A stretch of 47,207 nucleotides of DNA from an uncultured Gammaproteobacteria bacterium (GCA_964403325.1 CAYOFO010000003.1:1-47207); one strand, 5' to 3'; positions 1 to 10,388 are shown, counted from the first letter of the stretch. A program made the numbers and translations. Notes: a model not told the origin generated them from the sequence alone.

Positions 1-958
1 ATTGTATACTGTAATAGTAGGTTTTAGCGGGTCCGGGTAAAGTGATGAACATGATACCGACGAGGGCGATGGCAACGTAGCGGGGTTGACGCAGATTTTT
101 CCAAAAGTAAACAGCATTTTTTTGCGCATCAAGACAGAGTGTTTCGATGTGATGGGCGAGTGTATTTATGACAGCTGTGGTTTTGGCAGCGGCATGATAG
201 GAGTGTTTGGGTGAGGGTAATTTTTTTTCATGAGCATGAAAAGCAGTGATGGGTGTATTGACTTGACTGGGCTGTGCTGTGCGCTCAATTGGGACAAATG
301 TTTCTTCGAGCGGTTCTAGTACAGCGCTAAGGTCCGGATAGTGAGAGAGGTTTTCGTGCGCAAAAAAAGGCGGGTGGTGAGGGGTTGTTGTTTGAGCGTT
401 GGAAGGTTCGGTGCCAACAGATGGTTCAATAAATTTTTTTTTGTTCAAGAATGAATTTGCGGTAAAAAAATTGGCGATTTTTTTGGTGAAGGAAGAAAGG
501 ATTTTTTTAGTCGGAGTAGGAGCAAAGGAAAGAATTTTTTTTTGGCTTTTTTTATGATTGATAGGAATGATAATGGAGGGTGTGGGATTTTTTTTGGTGT
601 TTTTTAAAAGAGTGTCCTGGATATGATACGATTGAAACAAAGAAGAGGCAGTTCCCGGTGCCTCCGGTTCAATATCATGCCAAGCTGTCGGATTATTTTT
701 TTTCAGGTCGATAACATGATGTGATTCGCGTGGGGCAGAGTTCACATGATGGACAAAAAGTTGCAGACTGTTGAAGCGGGGCGAAGCAAAAGACGGTGAG
801 AGTGGAGTGGTAGGATTCGGGTGAGGAGAAGGGGTCGGTTGGCTGGTGGCAGTGGTGAGAGTAGGTGGTTGTAATGCGGGACAGCGAGAGCGGTTGTGTC
901 CAACTTTGTCGCACTGGGTGCAACGGCGTAGTTGTGGTTGAGAATTTTTATGAGCCAT
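1..958 (-). CDS. hypothetical protein with N-terminal CCHC zinc knuckle, Pro/Thr-rich linker and C-terminal hydrophobic segment; 3' end runs off the left edge
   Basis: Absent from the supplied ORF track because it has no stop inside the window. Hand translation of the third minus frame: ATG at 958-956, MAHKNSQPQLRRCTQCDKVGHNRSRCPALQPPTLTTATSQPTPSPHPNP ... KNAVYFWKNLRQPRYVAIALVGIMFITLPGPAKTYYYSIQ. The frame is open for about 319 codons to position 2. In-frame TGA upstream at 1048-1046. Contains a C-x2-C-x4-H-x4-C motif. Confidence 0.6.
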   Translation of the reverse strand, partial: MAHKNSQPQLRRCTQCDKVGHNRSRCPALQPPTLTTATSQPTPSPHPNPTTPLSPSFASPRFNSLQLFVHHVNSAPRESHHVIDLKKNNPTAWHDIEPEAPGTASSLFQSYHIQDTLLKNTKKNPTPSIIIPINHKKSQKKILSFAPTPTKKILSSFTKKIANFFTANSFLNKKKFIEPSVGTEPSNAQTTTPHHPPFFAHENLSHYPDLSAVLEPLEETFVPIERTAQPSQVNTPITAFHAHEKKLPSPKHSYHAAAKTTAVINTLAHHIETLCLDAQKNAVYFWKNLRQPRYVAIALVGIMFITLPGPAKTYYYSIQ

Positions 959-1178
959 ACAAAATTTTCGAAAACCATTTGCAGGGTAGTATACACTTTT
1001 TTTGCAGAAAACCCAACAGAGAAATAATGTGGATACATTTTGTTTTCATCAACGGTTATTTGACAGATAAAATTGGTACAGCTACATTGGCTGCAACGCA
1101 AGATCTGTGCGAACTTGAGTAATAGTTTTAAAAACCGGTAGATTTCTTAAAGAGGAAGTTAAGATTTAAGGATGGTGT

Positions 1179-2324
1179 ATGAATATTGCAATTGATATCC
1201 GTGGTTTAAGTCTGCGGGGTCGGACGGGGGTCGCAGAATATACGCTTGAATTGTTGCGAGCTATTTTTAGCCAGGATACAACCAACACGTATTTTTTGTT
1301 TTATAATGGTCCGGAAAATATGGCTCGGCTTTTTTGTGAACAGTCTCATGTTCATTTGATTTGGACGCGGATTCCCAACAAAATACTCAATTTGTCTCTG
1401 TATCTCACAGGTTATCCGCGCCTTGAAAGTCTTCTTGCTCACAAATTTGGTCAGCGGTTGACAATAGATCTTTGGTTTTCTCCGAATGTAAATTTTTTGG
1501 GTTTAAGGCCTACTACCAAGCAGGTGATAACGATCCACGATATCAGCTTTGTTTTGTTCCCGGAGTTTTTTACCTGGCGTCAAAGAGTTTGGCATTGGTT
1601 GATTGATAGTAAAAAACAGTGCGAGCAAGCCTATAAAATTCTCACCCCTTCCGAAAATACCAAGCGAGATATTGTGAACGTATATAAAATTTCCCCGGAA
1701 AAAATTCACGTGGTGTATCCGGGGGTATCCTATAAAATGCCAACGGCATTAGAAATGTCGCAGGTTCGTAAAGAATATGATCTGCCGGAAAAGTATATTT
1801 TATTTTTGGGAACCTTTGAGCCGCGCAAAAATATTCTTGCAGCTCTTAAAGCATTTGAGCTAGCGTTGCCAAAATTGCCGTCCGATGTGCATTTGGTGCT
1901 GGCAGGGGCCGGCGGCTGGAAAAATAGGGCTGTTTATAACTTAATAAGCACCTCTCTTGCCAAAGACCGGATAAAAGTATTAGGATATGTTGAACCTAAA
2001 GATAAAGATGCGTTGTATCATTTGGCCGATGTGTTCGTTTTTCCATCTTTTTATGAAGGTTTTGGGTTTCCGGTGCTCGAAGCTATGGCCCAAGGAGTTC
2101 CGGTAATTACCTCCAACCGTTCGTCTTTGTCAGAAATAACTGACGGTGCTGCGTACTTGGTAGATCCGAATATCCCAGCAACTCTGGCCCAAGGCATGGT
2201 TGAAATCATCAATGATGAGTTGTTAAGGAAAACTTATGCCGCTAAAGGAAAACAACAGGTAGAAAAGTTTTCTTGGCAAAAAGCAGCCGCCGCATGGTTG
2301 CAAATAATAGAAAATAGCCAATAA
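1179..2324 (+). CDS. glycosyltransferase family 4 (GT-B, group 1)
   Basis: 381 aa ORF with ATG start and AAGGA 8 nt upstream. C-terminal GT4 signature FPSFYEGFGFPVLEAMAQGVPVITS. Confidence 0.9.
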   Translation: MNIAIDIRGLSLRGRTGVAEYTLELLRAIFSQDTTNTYFLFYNGPENMARLFCEQSHVHLIWTRIPNKILNLSLYLTGYPRLESLLAHKFGQRLTIDLWFSPNVNFLGLRPTTKQVITIHDISFVLFPEFFTWRQRVWHWLIDSKKQCEQAYKILTPSENTKRDIVNVYKISPEKIHVVYPGVSYKMPTALEMSQVRKEYDLPEKYILFLGTFEPRKNILAALKAFELALPKLPSDVHLVLAGAGGWKNRAVYNLISTSLAKDRIKVLGYVEPKDKDALYHLADVFVFPSFYEGFGFPVLEAMAQGVPVITSNRSSLSEITDGAAYLVDPNIPATLAQGMVEIINDELLRKTYAAKGKQQVEKFSWQKAAAAWLQIIENSQ

Positions 2325-2357
2325 ATAAATCTATTTTTATTCAGGTTATATATACTT

Positions 2358-2567
2358 ATGTCAGAAAATCATCATTCAAGTTTGGGTGCTGAAGATAAAG
2401 CTCGTTTGCTTCGAGTGGGTGTAGCTGAAACTCCACAAGATCTTGAGGAAATTTATGAAGAAGGCGGTATGACCCCACCAGAACAATTACGAGCTCGTCG
2501 AGATCAGATGGAAAAAAGTGGTGGACCTTATGCGGATGTAATATTGGGTAAACATAGATTACTTTAA
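2358..2567 (+). CDS. small hypothetical acidic protein (69 aa)
   Basis: Intact ORF immediately followed by a strong hairpin terminator. No recognisable motif. Confidence 0.5.
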   Translation: MSENHHSSLGAEDKARLLRVGVAETPQDLEEIYEEGGMTPPEQLRARRDQMEKSGGPYADVILGKHRLL

Positions 2568-2583
2568 TAAAAAATTATTCAAT

Positions 2584-2617
2584 AAAAAACTACTCGTTAT
2601 ATACGAGTAGTTTTTTT
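2584..2617. terminator. bidirectional intrinsic terminator between convergent genes
   Basis: aaaaaa-CTACTCGTAT-a-ATACGAGTAG-ttttttt. Perfect 10-bp inverted repeat (2590-2610) flanked by an A-run and a T-run. Confidence 0.85.
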
Positions 2618-2624
2618 ATAACCT

Positions 2625-3734
2625 TTAGGAACGGACAAAGTCTTGAGTAAAGTGTTCGTATTTTTCATTGATATGTTGTGTTATTCGAGTTTTAAAATGA
2701 TTTTTGTTGAATTTCAGTGATTGCTCACGAATTTTTTGACTGTCCCAGCCACTGCTCTCAAAATGTAACACGGCATCGAGAATGGCTTCCCAGGATTGTT
2801 CATGAAAAAATACCGCTGATTCATGTTCGCGCAAAGTTTCGGTAGCGCCCCCGGCGCGGTAAGCGATCACTGGCCGGCCGCTCGCGAGCGATTCCACGGC
2901 CGTAATGCCAAAATCTTCGGTTTGCGGGTAGATAAAAGCTTGGGCTCGACTCAAAAGCTCGGCTTTTTCGGTATCGCTCACGCGTCCGAGAAACTGAATG
3001 TTATTTTTGGCTATTTTTTTGAGGGCAGCATACTCCGGGCCATGGCCAAAAATTTTGAGTGGATAGCCGAGGCGATTAAAAGCTTTGACCACCAGATCAA
3101 GTCGTTTGTACGGAACAAGTCGCCCTCCGGCCACAAAATAATTCTCAATCTGGGACGAGATAAAAAAATTATCCGTATCAACTGGCGGGTAAATAACTTC
3201 GCTGTCACGGCGATAATATTTGTGGATACGGTCTTTAACGGTAAAAGAATTAGCGATAAAATGATCCACCCGGTCAGCACTCATTTTGTCCCAAAGTCGC
3301 AATCGGAAAATGAGGTGTGGTATCAGCCATTTGATAAAAAAATTTGATCTGAGGTCGGCAATATATTCGTGGGTGTTGCTCCAGAGATAGCGAGTGGGCG
3401 TGTGACAATAAGAAATGTGTAGGGCGCGTGGATGGATAATAATGCCTTTGGCAAAAGCGCTGGTCGAAGAAATAATGAGGTCAAAATCGTAGAGGTTAAA
3501 GCTTTCGGTAGCGCGAGGCATGAGCGGCAAATACCATTGGTAGTATTGTTTAATACCCGGCATTTTGGAGAGCCAAGATTCGTGGATTAGATGTTTTTCA
3601 AAGCCGGGTATTTTTTTTTCATCATGAAAAAGAACAAAAATAGGCGCTTCCGGCCAAATTTCGTGTAAAGCTGCGAGTACGCGTTCGGCCCCACCATCTT
3701 GCGCCAGATAATCATGAACCAGAGCTACTTTCAT
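2625..3734 (-). CDS. glycosyltransferase family 4
   Basis: Motifs MKVALVHDYLAQDGGAERV and EDFGITAVESLASGRPVIA. I chose the ATG at 3734, which overlaps the upstream TGA as ATGA. The track start at 3800 would lie inside the upstream gene. Confidence 0.88.
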   Translation of the reverse strand: MKVALVHDYLAQDGGAERVLAALHEIWPEAPIFVLFHDEKKIPGFEKHLIHESWLSKMPGIKQYYQWYLPLMPRATESFNLYDFDLIISSTSAFAKGIIIHPRALHISYCHTPTRYLWSNTHEYIADLRSNFFIKWLIPHLIFRLRLWDKMSADRVDHFIANSFTVKDRIHKYYRRDSEVIYPPVDTDNFFISSQIENYFVAGGRLVPYKRLDLVVKAFNRLGYPLKIFGHGPEYAALKKIAKNNIQFLGRVSDTEKAELLSRAQAFIYPQTEDFGITAVESLASGRPVIAYRAGGATETLREHESAVFFHEQSWEAILDAVLHFESSGWDSQKIREQSLKFNKNHFKTRITQHINEKYEHFTQDFVRS

Positions 3735-5143
3735 ATGGTTGCACCCTCTTTTTTGATTACAGCGAGCGGGGTTTTGGCAAGAATGATGCAATCGAGCCAC
3801 AAACTCCAGTTTTCTATGTAAAATGTATCCAGTTTTACTTCTTCGTCAAAACTTAAATTGCTGCGTCCGGAAATTTGCGGCAGGCCGGTAATGCCTGGTT
3901 TAATGGCGAGGACAATTTTATGATCTTTGGCATATTGGTCTACTTCGCGCGGCTGATGGGGTCGGGGACCAACCAAACTCATTTCCCCACAGAGGACATT
4001 GTAAAATTGAGGTAGTTCATCAAGGCTAAAAGCGCGTAAAAATCGTCCCACCGGAGTGACGCGCGGATCATTTTTAATTTTGTATACCGGACCGCTTTTG
4101 CTCGAGAGTTTGATAAGCTGCTTTTCTTTTTTGAGGGCGGCGGCTCCACCTGGTTCGTCAGTAGTGCAGTCGGCTTGGTACATGGAACGGAATTTGAGAG
4201 TGGAGAATTTTTTGCCATTTTGTCCGACGCGAGTATTTTTATAAATAATCGGCCGCCCGGTTTCTATAAGAATGGCGAAGGCAGTAACGACAAATAAGGG
4301 AGAAAAGAAAAACATGAGGATAATACTTCCCAAAATATCAATGAGGCGTTTAATGATTCGACCCCAACCTTCGAGGCTGGTGCGACGCAACTCAATAATG
4401 GGGATGCCGGCGAGGGTGGATAGGCTAATATTCGTGGTCAGGGTGGAAAAAAGATCGGCGGAGTATTTAAAAGTTATGTGATGTTCCTTGGTAAAATCTA
4501 TACAGCGTAAGAGTTCATCTTCGTTGGCTTTGGGGTTGGTATAAATCATTTCGTCTATTTTGAGACCAAGAATTTCTTGCCCAACCGGCTTGGTAAATTG
4601 CGGGTAGGTCTGTATGAGCAGATGGCCCAAGTAAAGTTCTTGTCGCAAAACATTGGCCACGGTTTCACTCACTTCTGCGTTGCCAATAATAACCGTGCGT
4701 TTGAGCCCAAAACCAAAGCGATAAAAAATGCGCTTTATGAGCCGTATGGCGATCCGACCAAGAATAATAAAAATCATGGATAAAATCCAACCGGCCAAAA
4801 CCAAAAAACGTGAGTCGAATTTTTGGAGGGTAAAAAAGACGTAGATGGTGATGCCGGCAAACCCGGTGGAACAAGCGGCAATGATGGCGGCAATATCCCG
4901 AGCCAGTTTACGATTGGGATTGGTTGAGTATAGCCCAAATAGTATAAAGACCAGTATCCACGCCGCTCCTACCAGGAGCACCCGCGGCCAGTATTCGGCA
5001 AATGACAAGCCAAAAATTACCGGACGAATAGCGGTTACGGTAGAGGTAAAACGCAGGGAGTAGGCACTGATCGCGGCCAAAAAAAGCAGTAAGTAATCAA
5101 TCGGGAGCTGCAAGAAAGTAAAAAAGAGTTCCAATTTTTTCAT
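3731..5143 (-). CDS. polyprenyl-phosphate sugar phosphotransferase (WbaP/bacterial sugar transferase family)
   Basis: Multiple N-terminal TM segments. C-terminal hallmark SLDELPQFYNVLCGEMSLVGPRP ... KPGITGLPQISGR. Confidence 0.9.
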   Translation of the reverse strand: MKKLELFFTFLQLPIDYLLLFLAAISAYSLRFTSTVTAIRPVIFGLSFAEYWPRVLLVGAAWILVFILFGLYSTNPNRKLARDIAAIIAACSTGFAGITIYVFFTLQKFDSRFLVLAGWILSMIFIILGRIAIRLIKRIFYRFGFGLKRTVIIGNAEVSETVANVLRQELYLGHLLIQTYPQFTKPVGQEILGLKIDEMIYTNPKANEDELLRCIDFTKEHHITFKYSADLFSTLTTNISLSTLAGIPIIELRRTSLEGWGRIIKRLIDILGSIILMFFFSPLFVVTAFAILIETGRPIIYKNTRVGQNGKKFSTLKFRSMYQADCTTDEPGGAAALKKEKQLIKLSSKSGPVYKIKNDPRVTPVGRFLRAFSLDELPQFYNVLCGEMSLVGPRPHQPREVDQYAKDHKIVLAIKPGITGLPQISGRSNLSFDEEVKLDTFYIENWSLWLDCIILAKTPLAVIKKEGATI

Positions 5144-5328
5144 ACGGCTCTATTGTAGAAGAGTTGAGTAGAAGCGTCAACAATAAAATTGATTCATCAT
5201 AATGTTTGCTTTTAAATAATTTCGGAAGAGTTGGTTTTAGTTGTTTTCTTGGCTAAGTTGTATAATTTGTCTTGTAATCTCAAAATTTGGTATACTCTAG
5301 CCTAAAGAAATTATTTTAGACCTAAAAT

Positions 5329-8142
5329 ATGCGTAAAATTGAGCCTAGTTTTTTTAGTAAATCTATGGAAAGTATAGCTCGAACAGCTGCGCTCGTAGGC
5401 GCTTTAGCTGGGCCGGTTGCTATGGAAAGTTCCGCGAGAGCTGATATAGTAATAAGTCCTGGACGCGAAGTTGCGCCGGCAGAAAGAAGCCCTGAAATAG
5501 TGGCTTTGTACGGGGAAAAAACCACAGCGATTGGTAATGCTTATACACATCCGGAGCAGGTGGCCGCTAAACTTAATGAGCTTGTTAAAGCACGGTTTGA
5601 ATATGGTCGTCACCTTATTTTTTTCGCTATTTCCGCTGATCCAGAGCCGTTTTTAACGGAACAAAATCTTGGTTTTTTGAAAAAATTTCTTTATAGGAGT
5701 GATATAAAATTAGGTATAGAACACTATTTTAAAAATAATTTTAAGAGACTTGCCCCAGCAAAAAAACAGCTTAAGGTAGAAAATTTAGCATCATTACTTT
5801 TAGCTGCCGACCCAGAATGGTTGCTGATGGTTGCGGAAAATTTCATTGATTTACCAAGGTATTCTGAATTACTCAAAAAAGCCGCAAAAGTTTTAAAAGA
5901 AACCGATAAAGGCTATAAATTATTTCAGTACGCTCAGGTTTTTAGTAGTCAGTCATTTGCCGGATCTGTACTCAAAGAACAGGTCGGAGGACGCTACGAA
6001 GATGCGATTGAGCATTATCAGAATTACAGGAATATTCCAGAAGCTAAAGAAATTTTGGGAGAAGCGGTGAGATTGGCTGATAAAAATGGAGAAGCTAGCG
6101 TATTACTCCGTTTTGCGGAAAATTTTTTAGATCTGCCTGGCGCTGATGGGATAATCAGAAAAAATGCTAAGAATCAGCCAGCCTTGGCTATTAGTTCTTT
6201 TAAACAATATCAAAGACTAGACTCCGCTAAAGAAATTTTACGTTTAGCCGTCCAGGATTTGTTGAAAGATGAAGAATTTCAGCCTCAAACTCAGGTTCTT
6301 TTTAAAGAAGCATCAACTATTATTTCGGTATTTGGTCCAGAAGAAGCCATGTCATTATTTTTACAGAGTGCTAAATATGGCACGAGCGCAGCAGTTGCGT
6401 ACTATAAAAGTTATGCCTTCATACCAAAGGCCAGGGAAGTCCTAGATTTAGTAATGGAAAAAGATCCTGGTGCGTTTGTTGTGAATTTTTCAAGCTATGC
6501 CACTGTGATGCCAAACGTAGATGCAAGAAGGATTTTAGAAAAAGCAGTTGTAGCCGATCCTGCAGAATTACACAGAGTGGAAGTGTGGAAGGATGTAGGT
6601 GGAACGCTGGAAAAGAGCAGTGACCCAGTTGTTTTGAAGATTTTAGACACAAGAAAAAGATTACAATTGTTGCGTAGAAGTCAGTTTGGTAGTGGGGATG
6701 ATTTTAATGGTGTAGATTTGCTTTTGGCTTTAAATTCTGACCAGCCAGTACAACTAAGGCCAAATAATAAGGATCAAACAAGTTTTTATTTTAGGCAACT
6801 AATCAAAATACAAGATAGGGATAATTTAATTGGTTCTGTTGGAATTAATTATGAAGTTAGTTCTCTGGCTGGGTACATTTCCGAAAAAATTGATGATTCA
6901 CACGAAGATAATGACACCGAAAGATTTTTAGAGGTAAATAACTTTTCTGCTCGAGAGTTGCGTACGGTTATCATTGGTGGCGGCGATGCTCTCTATACTT
7001 CTTCGTTTAATGGTTTGTTTAATCGTTTGTTGAAGCAGTTAAAAAAAGAAAATTTATCCGGAAGTGCACTGTTTCCGTCTGGTCGTCGAGAAGACGAATT
7101 TCGATTTTTTTTCAAACAGTGTGCAACGTATAAACGTTTGGGTGACTTTTTGAGTACTATGAATCAAGCTGACCAGGATCAATTGCTGGAACGTTTTGTT
7201 TCAGGTTTACACGAAGCTAAGGATCCTTTGTTGCAGGCGGCTATCATTGCCGATACTTTTGCCGCCTTGCCTCCGGGTCATTATCATGAAGTCTTGCGAA
7301 TGAAATTAAAACATAATTTTGACACTGTCTCTCAAAAAACAGTTGGTACAAAGTTACTCTATGAGGTTTTGAACGAAATGTTTGCTCGTCAAGATGTCGG
7401 TAGTGATAAGTGGATTAGGGATATCCGTGAAAGGTATCGATTAAGAGATTTTACCAAAATAGGCTCAGAAGAATTTTTTGACTCCAATGGGGTAAATCGT
7501 CAAGTTCATATTTTTTATGATGACGAAGATGGCAAGAGTTCTTTTGCGCATTTTCAAGCAGAATATGCTAAGGATAAAAAATGGAAGATTTCAGACCAGG
7601 GAGCGTATATTGTGATGCAAACAGAAAATGAAAAAGGTCGTAAAATAGAAATATATGCCGGAAAACCAGAAGAAAAAGAAGGTGTTCTAGAAAAAATAAA
7701 TCAGGATATAGTGGCTCAAGGTGGTGGGGTTATACAGGGCGGAGTGCATCACGGTCATAGTTACCATTTTAACACTTCTTTTGAAAACATGCCTCAAAGT
7801 TTGAGATTTTTTTGGATTGGTTCTTGTGGAGGTTTTTATAATACATCTAAGACGGTGGATCATTTTCCGCAGGCTCATTTGGTTGTCACAAAAGGTACAG
7901 GAACTATGTTTATAAATGATCCGGTCCTAAAGCTGTTTAATGATGAAATGCTGGATAAAGGTACAGTGGTGTGGGAATCTTTTTGGCAAAAAATATCTAA
8001 AAGATTTTCTAGAAATAAAGATTTTGATAGGTATGTTCCACCGCATCGAAATTTAGGAGCTCTGTTTTTGCAGGCTTATAAATATGCGGAAAGACAAAAT
8101 GGTAAGCCTGCCGAGGCTAAACAAAAACTCTCTGCTTTGTAG
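5329..8142 (+). CDS. large hypothetical protein with signal-like N-terminus, internal helical repeats and a His/Cys-containing C-terminal domain
   Basis: 937 aa. N-terminus [24 protein letters not shown]. Repeated Y..Y...P.A.EIL..AV..DP units. C-terminus [11 protein letters not shown] ... [11 protein letters not shown]. Confidence 0.75.
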   Translation: MRKIEPSFFSKSMESIARTAALVGALAGPVAMESSARADIVISPGREVAPAERSPEIVALYGEKTTAIGNAYTHPEQVAAKLNELVKARFEYGRHLIFFAISADPEPFLTEQNLGFLKKFLYRSDIKLGIEHYFKNNFKRLAPAKKQLKVENLASLLLAADPEWLLMVAENFIDLPRYSELLKKAAKVLKETDKGYKLFQYAQVFSSQSFAGSVLKEQVGGRYEDAIEHYQNYRNIPEAKEILGEAVRLADKNGEASVLLRFAENFLDLPGADGIIRKNAKNQPALAISSFKQYQRLDSAKEILRLAVQDLLKDEEFQPQTQVLFKEASTIISVFGPEEAMSLFLQSAKYGTSAAVAYYKSYAFIPKAREVLDLVMEKDPGAFVVNFSSYATVMPNVDARRILEKAVVADPAELHRVEVWKDVGGTLEKSSDPVVLKILDTRKRLQLLRRSQFGSGDDFNGVDLLLALNSDQPVQLRPNNKDQTSFYFRQLIKIQDRDNLIGSVGINYEVSSLAGYISEKIDDSHEDNDTERFLEVNNFSARELRTVIIGGGDALYTSSFNGLFNRLLKQLKKENLSGSALFPSGRREDEFRFFFKQCATYKRLGDFLSTMNQADQDQLLERFVSGLHEAKDPLLQAAIIADTFAALPPGHYHEVLRMKLKHNFDTVSQKTVGTKLLYEVLNEMFARQDVGSDKWIRDIRERYRLRDFTKIGSEEFFDSNGVNRQVHIFYDDEDGKSSFAHFQAEYAKDKKWKISDQGAYIVMQTENEKGRKIEIYAGKPEEKEGVLEKINQDIVAQGGGVIQGGVHHGHSYHFNTSFENMPQSLRFFWIGSCGGFYNTSKTVDHFPQAHLVVTKGTGTMFINDPVLKLFNDEMLDKGTVVWESFWQKISKRFSRNKDFDRYVPPHRNLGALFLQAYKYAERQNGKPAEAKQKLSAL

Positions 8143-8202
8143 TACATCAATGTGGGGGTTCGCGGCTTAAGTTGACTCAAATTTTTCTTTCCTGTTTTAA
8201 TA

Positions 8203-8231
8203 TTGACAAAAAATCCAAAAAATGGTATTTT
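8203..8231 (+). promoter_or_regulatory. sigma70-type promoter of J-domain paralog 1
   Basis: TTGACA (8203-8208), 17 nt spacer, TATTTT (8226-8231). ATG lies 25 nt downstream. Confidence 0.65.
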
Positions 8232-8255
8232 TATTCGTTATTTAAACGAGTTTTT

Positions 8256-10136
8256 ATGGGAGAAAAAAGAGAAAACCAGCCACCACAGGAATCAAAAAAA
8301 CGAGATTATTACGAAGTTTTAGGTGTACCACGATCAGTTAATGATGCAGAAATTAAAAAAGCCTATCGCAGAATGGCTAGGAGTATTCATCCTGATCAGA
8401 ATCCTGGCGATTCAGATGCTACGGCAAATTTTCAAGAATTAAGTGCAGCTTACGAAGTTCTTTCTGATCCACAAAGAAGAGCTGTATATGATGAATATGG
8501 TCATGGTGGTGATTTTAGGGTTAATGCTGATGCGGTTATTACCGTAGAAAAAGTGCATGAACTGGCAAGACGTTTGGAAGAAATATCTGTACGTTATGTA
8601 CTAAGATCATCAATATATTACAATGAGGATTTGCGTCGTGAAATAAAATGGTGGTATGGAGACGCCGTCAAAGCTGGTATCGCTCGAGAAAAAATACAAG
8701 AGTTGTTAAACGCCGAAAAAATACAAGAGTTTCAAGTGAAAATGTTGCTAGAAATTATTAGCTTTAGAAGACCTGGTTACGATTCTGCTTCTATGCTTGA
8801 TCAGTATATTATACCCTGGCAGGAAGTAGGGTTAGATTTGCGAGTTGTTCTCAAAAGTGGTCATCCGAAAATTCGAGAAAGTATTACAGCGCTAGTTTTA
8901 AGGTTATTGTATGGGTCTTTGTATGGTTTTTTTGATTTGATAATGCCTGATCTTGCGGATTATCTAAGAGCAGTTCAGGCTTGGAAAAAACGTGGTGTAG
9001 ATGTAAGTGACGCAATTCTTTCTCCGGAATTGCGTGATTTGATTGAAAGGTTTTTGCTGGAGCTAAAAATACGACCGTGGCGTCGGAAACAGTACGTTCG
9101 TTGTTTTAAAGCATGGTTGGAAGCAGGTTGGCAGCCAACGGAGGATATGTCGGTCAAAGAATTGCAATTATTAAATCAGGAAGAGCGAAAAGAAGAACGA
9201 GAACAGGACGAGCAGCTTCATAAAAATATCCAGTATTTTCGTTTTATTGAATCTAAAGCTAAGGCTGGTAAGGATCTCTCCAGAGAGGATGTAGTTTTTT
9301 TACACGACATTCCTGTTTTTTGTTGTCGGGTTGACCAAGTGTGGCGTCATGCTGGGAGTATTGAGGAACCTATTTTAGAGCAAATCAAAGAATTTTATGC
9401 CAAGCGCGGTGTAGAGGAAATGCGACGAGACATAGCTCTTTTGTATCAATGTTCCTTAGAGGAAGTCGCTTTTGATAGAAAGACGGTGAATAAAAAAACT
9501 AAAGTGTATGTAGGTAAGTTGTTTGATGGTTTTTTTGACAAACTCTCTCATGTCCAGCACATTTACACGTCTTTTCCTTACTCCAAGGTAGTGCGTGATA
9601 CAGTCGTACTTAACACACCTATTTCTCAAATTGAGACAGAACTCGGACGCTCGGGTGTAGGCATATCTCCTCGCGCATCAGACTCGTTAGAATTGCTCAA
9701 AAAAGAAAATGCTGACTTAGAATTGGGGGCGCGGGAATTTACCTTAATTTCTGTACGGGCGAGTGATCTTTTGGGTACTGAAGGAATGGTGATGGGTGAT
9801 CAATTGCTCGCTCGGACTAAACGTTTTGGACTAGAGCCGTGTCCGCCTTTGGTTGGTTTGCAATATTTTGTCGCGCTGTTTAAAACACCCGGCCACTGGC
9901 TCATAAAAAATGAATTTAGTTTATTTGTAGAATCTTGGACGGGGCGGAATAGTTTTTGCGTTCAAAATAAAGCAATGGGTTTTGGAAGAGGGGAAGGTGT
10001 GACCGTGAGTTTTGATGGGTTTTATCTTGATAATGAATTGAATCCCAAAAATGGTAGATATACGTATGCGCAGTTGGTATTCTTAAAGCCAAAAAATCCG
10101 GAAAAAAATTGGATGCTTAAGTTATTAGGATTTTAG
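8256..10136 (+). CDS. J-domain protein with large uncharacterised C-terminal module (paralog 1)
   Basis: J domain [36 protein letters not shown]...[19 protein letters not shown], with HPD. No G/F, zinc-finger or DnaJ C-terminal domains. ATG at 8256 chosen because the track TTG start at 8172 would include the promoter. Confidence 0.85.
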   Translation: MGEKRENQPPQESKKRDYYEVLGVPRSVNDAEIKKAYRRMARSIHPDQNPGDSDATANFQELSAAYEVLSDPQRRAVYDEYGHGGDFRVNADAVITVEKVHELARRLEEISVRYVLRSSIYYNEDLRREIKWWYGDAVKAGIAREKIQELLNAEKIQEFQVKMLLEIISFRRPGYDSASMLDQYIIPWQEVGLDLRVVLKSGHPKIRESITALVLRLLYGSLYGFFDLIMPDLADYLRAVQAWKKRGVDVSDAILSPELRDLIERFLLELKIRPWRRKQYVRCFKAWLEAGWQPTEDMSVKELQLLNQEERKEEREQDEQLHKNIQYFRFIESKAKAGKDLSREDVVFLHDIPVFCCRVDQVWRHAGSIEEPILEQIKEFYAKRGVEEMRRDIALLYQCSLEEVAFDRKTVNKKTKVYVGKLFDGFFDKLSHVQHIYTSFPYSKVVRDTVVLNTPISQIETELGRSGVGISPRASDSLELLKKENADLELGAREFTLISVRASDLLGTEGMVMGDQLLARTKRFGLEPCPPLVGLQYFVALFKTPGHWLIKNEFSLFVESWTGRNSFCVQNKAMGFGRGEGVTVSFDGFYLDNELNPKNGRYTYAQLVFLKPKNPEKNWMLKLLGF

Positions 10137-10142
10137 TTTTTT

Positions 10143-10235
10143 ATGCCTTCTCCCGAATCACGTTTTCATCAGCCTGTGGAAGCAGAAGCCGTGGAACTCT
10201 TGAGTAGAGAACGGCAGATATTAGCCATATTATGA
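10143..10235 (+). pseudogene. 30-codon remnant of the N-terminus of a paralog-3-like gene
   Basis: MPSPESRFHQPVEAEAVELLSRERQILAIL* versus the start of the 12428 gene MPSPESRFHQPPEAEAGELSSRERQILVYY. Same spacing after the preceding stop codon. Homology ends at 10224. Confidence 0.8.
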
Positions 10236-10236
10236 C

Positions 10237-10276
10237 CATTTGGTACTGTTGACGTGGTACCAAATGATATTTTTAT
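10237..10276 (+). terminator. hairpin plus T-rich tail at the duplication junction
   Basis: CATTTGGTAC (10237-10246), 10-nt loop, GTACCAAATG (10257-10266), then atatttttatt. Confidence 0.55.
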
Positions 10277-10388
10277 TCTCTCGTAGAAGGTAACGTGATA
10301 CGGGTATTGTGTTAGACGTTAGGCATCTAATACTTTACCCGGGTGTTACCTTTGTGTGTAGATTATATAATCCTTTCCTGTTTTAATA

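Larger units (their letters stand above)
8187..10224 (+). repeat. direct repeat copy 1 (promoter + J-domain gene + first ~80 nt of the following gene)
   Basis: Left boundary ctttcctgttttaatattgacaaaaaatcc and right boundary gaacggcagatattag both recur at 10373 and 12509. The 112-nt block 8373-8484 is identical to 10557-10668. Confidence 0.85.

Noticed and set aside
693-1122. Track ORFs 693-923(-), 742-1101(-) and 865-1122(+)
   Set aside because: They overlap the longer edge-truncated minus-strand frame, which starts at 958 and is about 319 codons. Their products look like off-frame translations of Pro/Thr-rich sequence.
2823-3347. Long antisense or nested ORFs inside confident genes (e.g. 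2823-3347, 11466-11852, 17374-17817, 21968-22288, 31132-31656, 42589-42969)
   Set aside because: Each lies entirely inside a gene with clear family motifs on the other strand or in another frame, and the products have no motifs of their own.
3735-3800. Long start (3800) for the GT4 gene
   Set aside because: It would overlap the upstream transferase gene by 70 nt. The ATG at 3734 gives the typical MKVALVHDY GT4 N-terminus and an ATGA stop/start overlap.
8172-8255. TTG-initiated N-terminal extensions of the J-domain genes (8172 and 10389)
   Set aside because: The extensions would be translated from the duplicated consensus promoter (TTGACA-17-TATTTT). The ATG codons at 8256 and 10440 give matching N-termini (M.EKRE...[16 protein letters not shown]).
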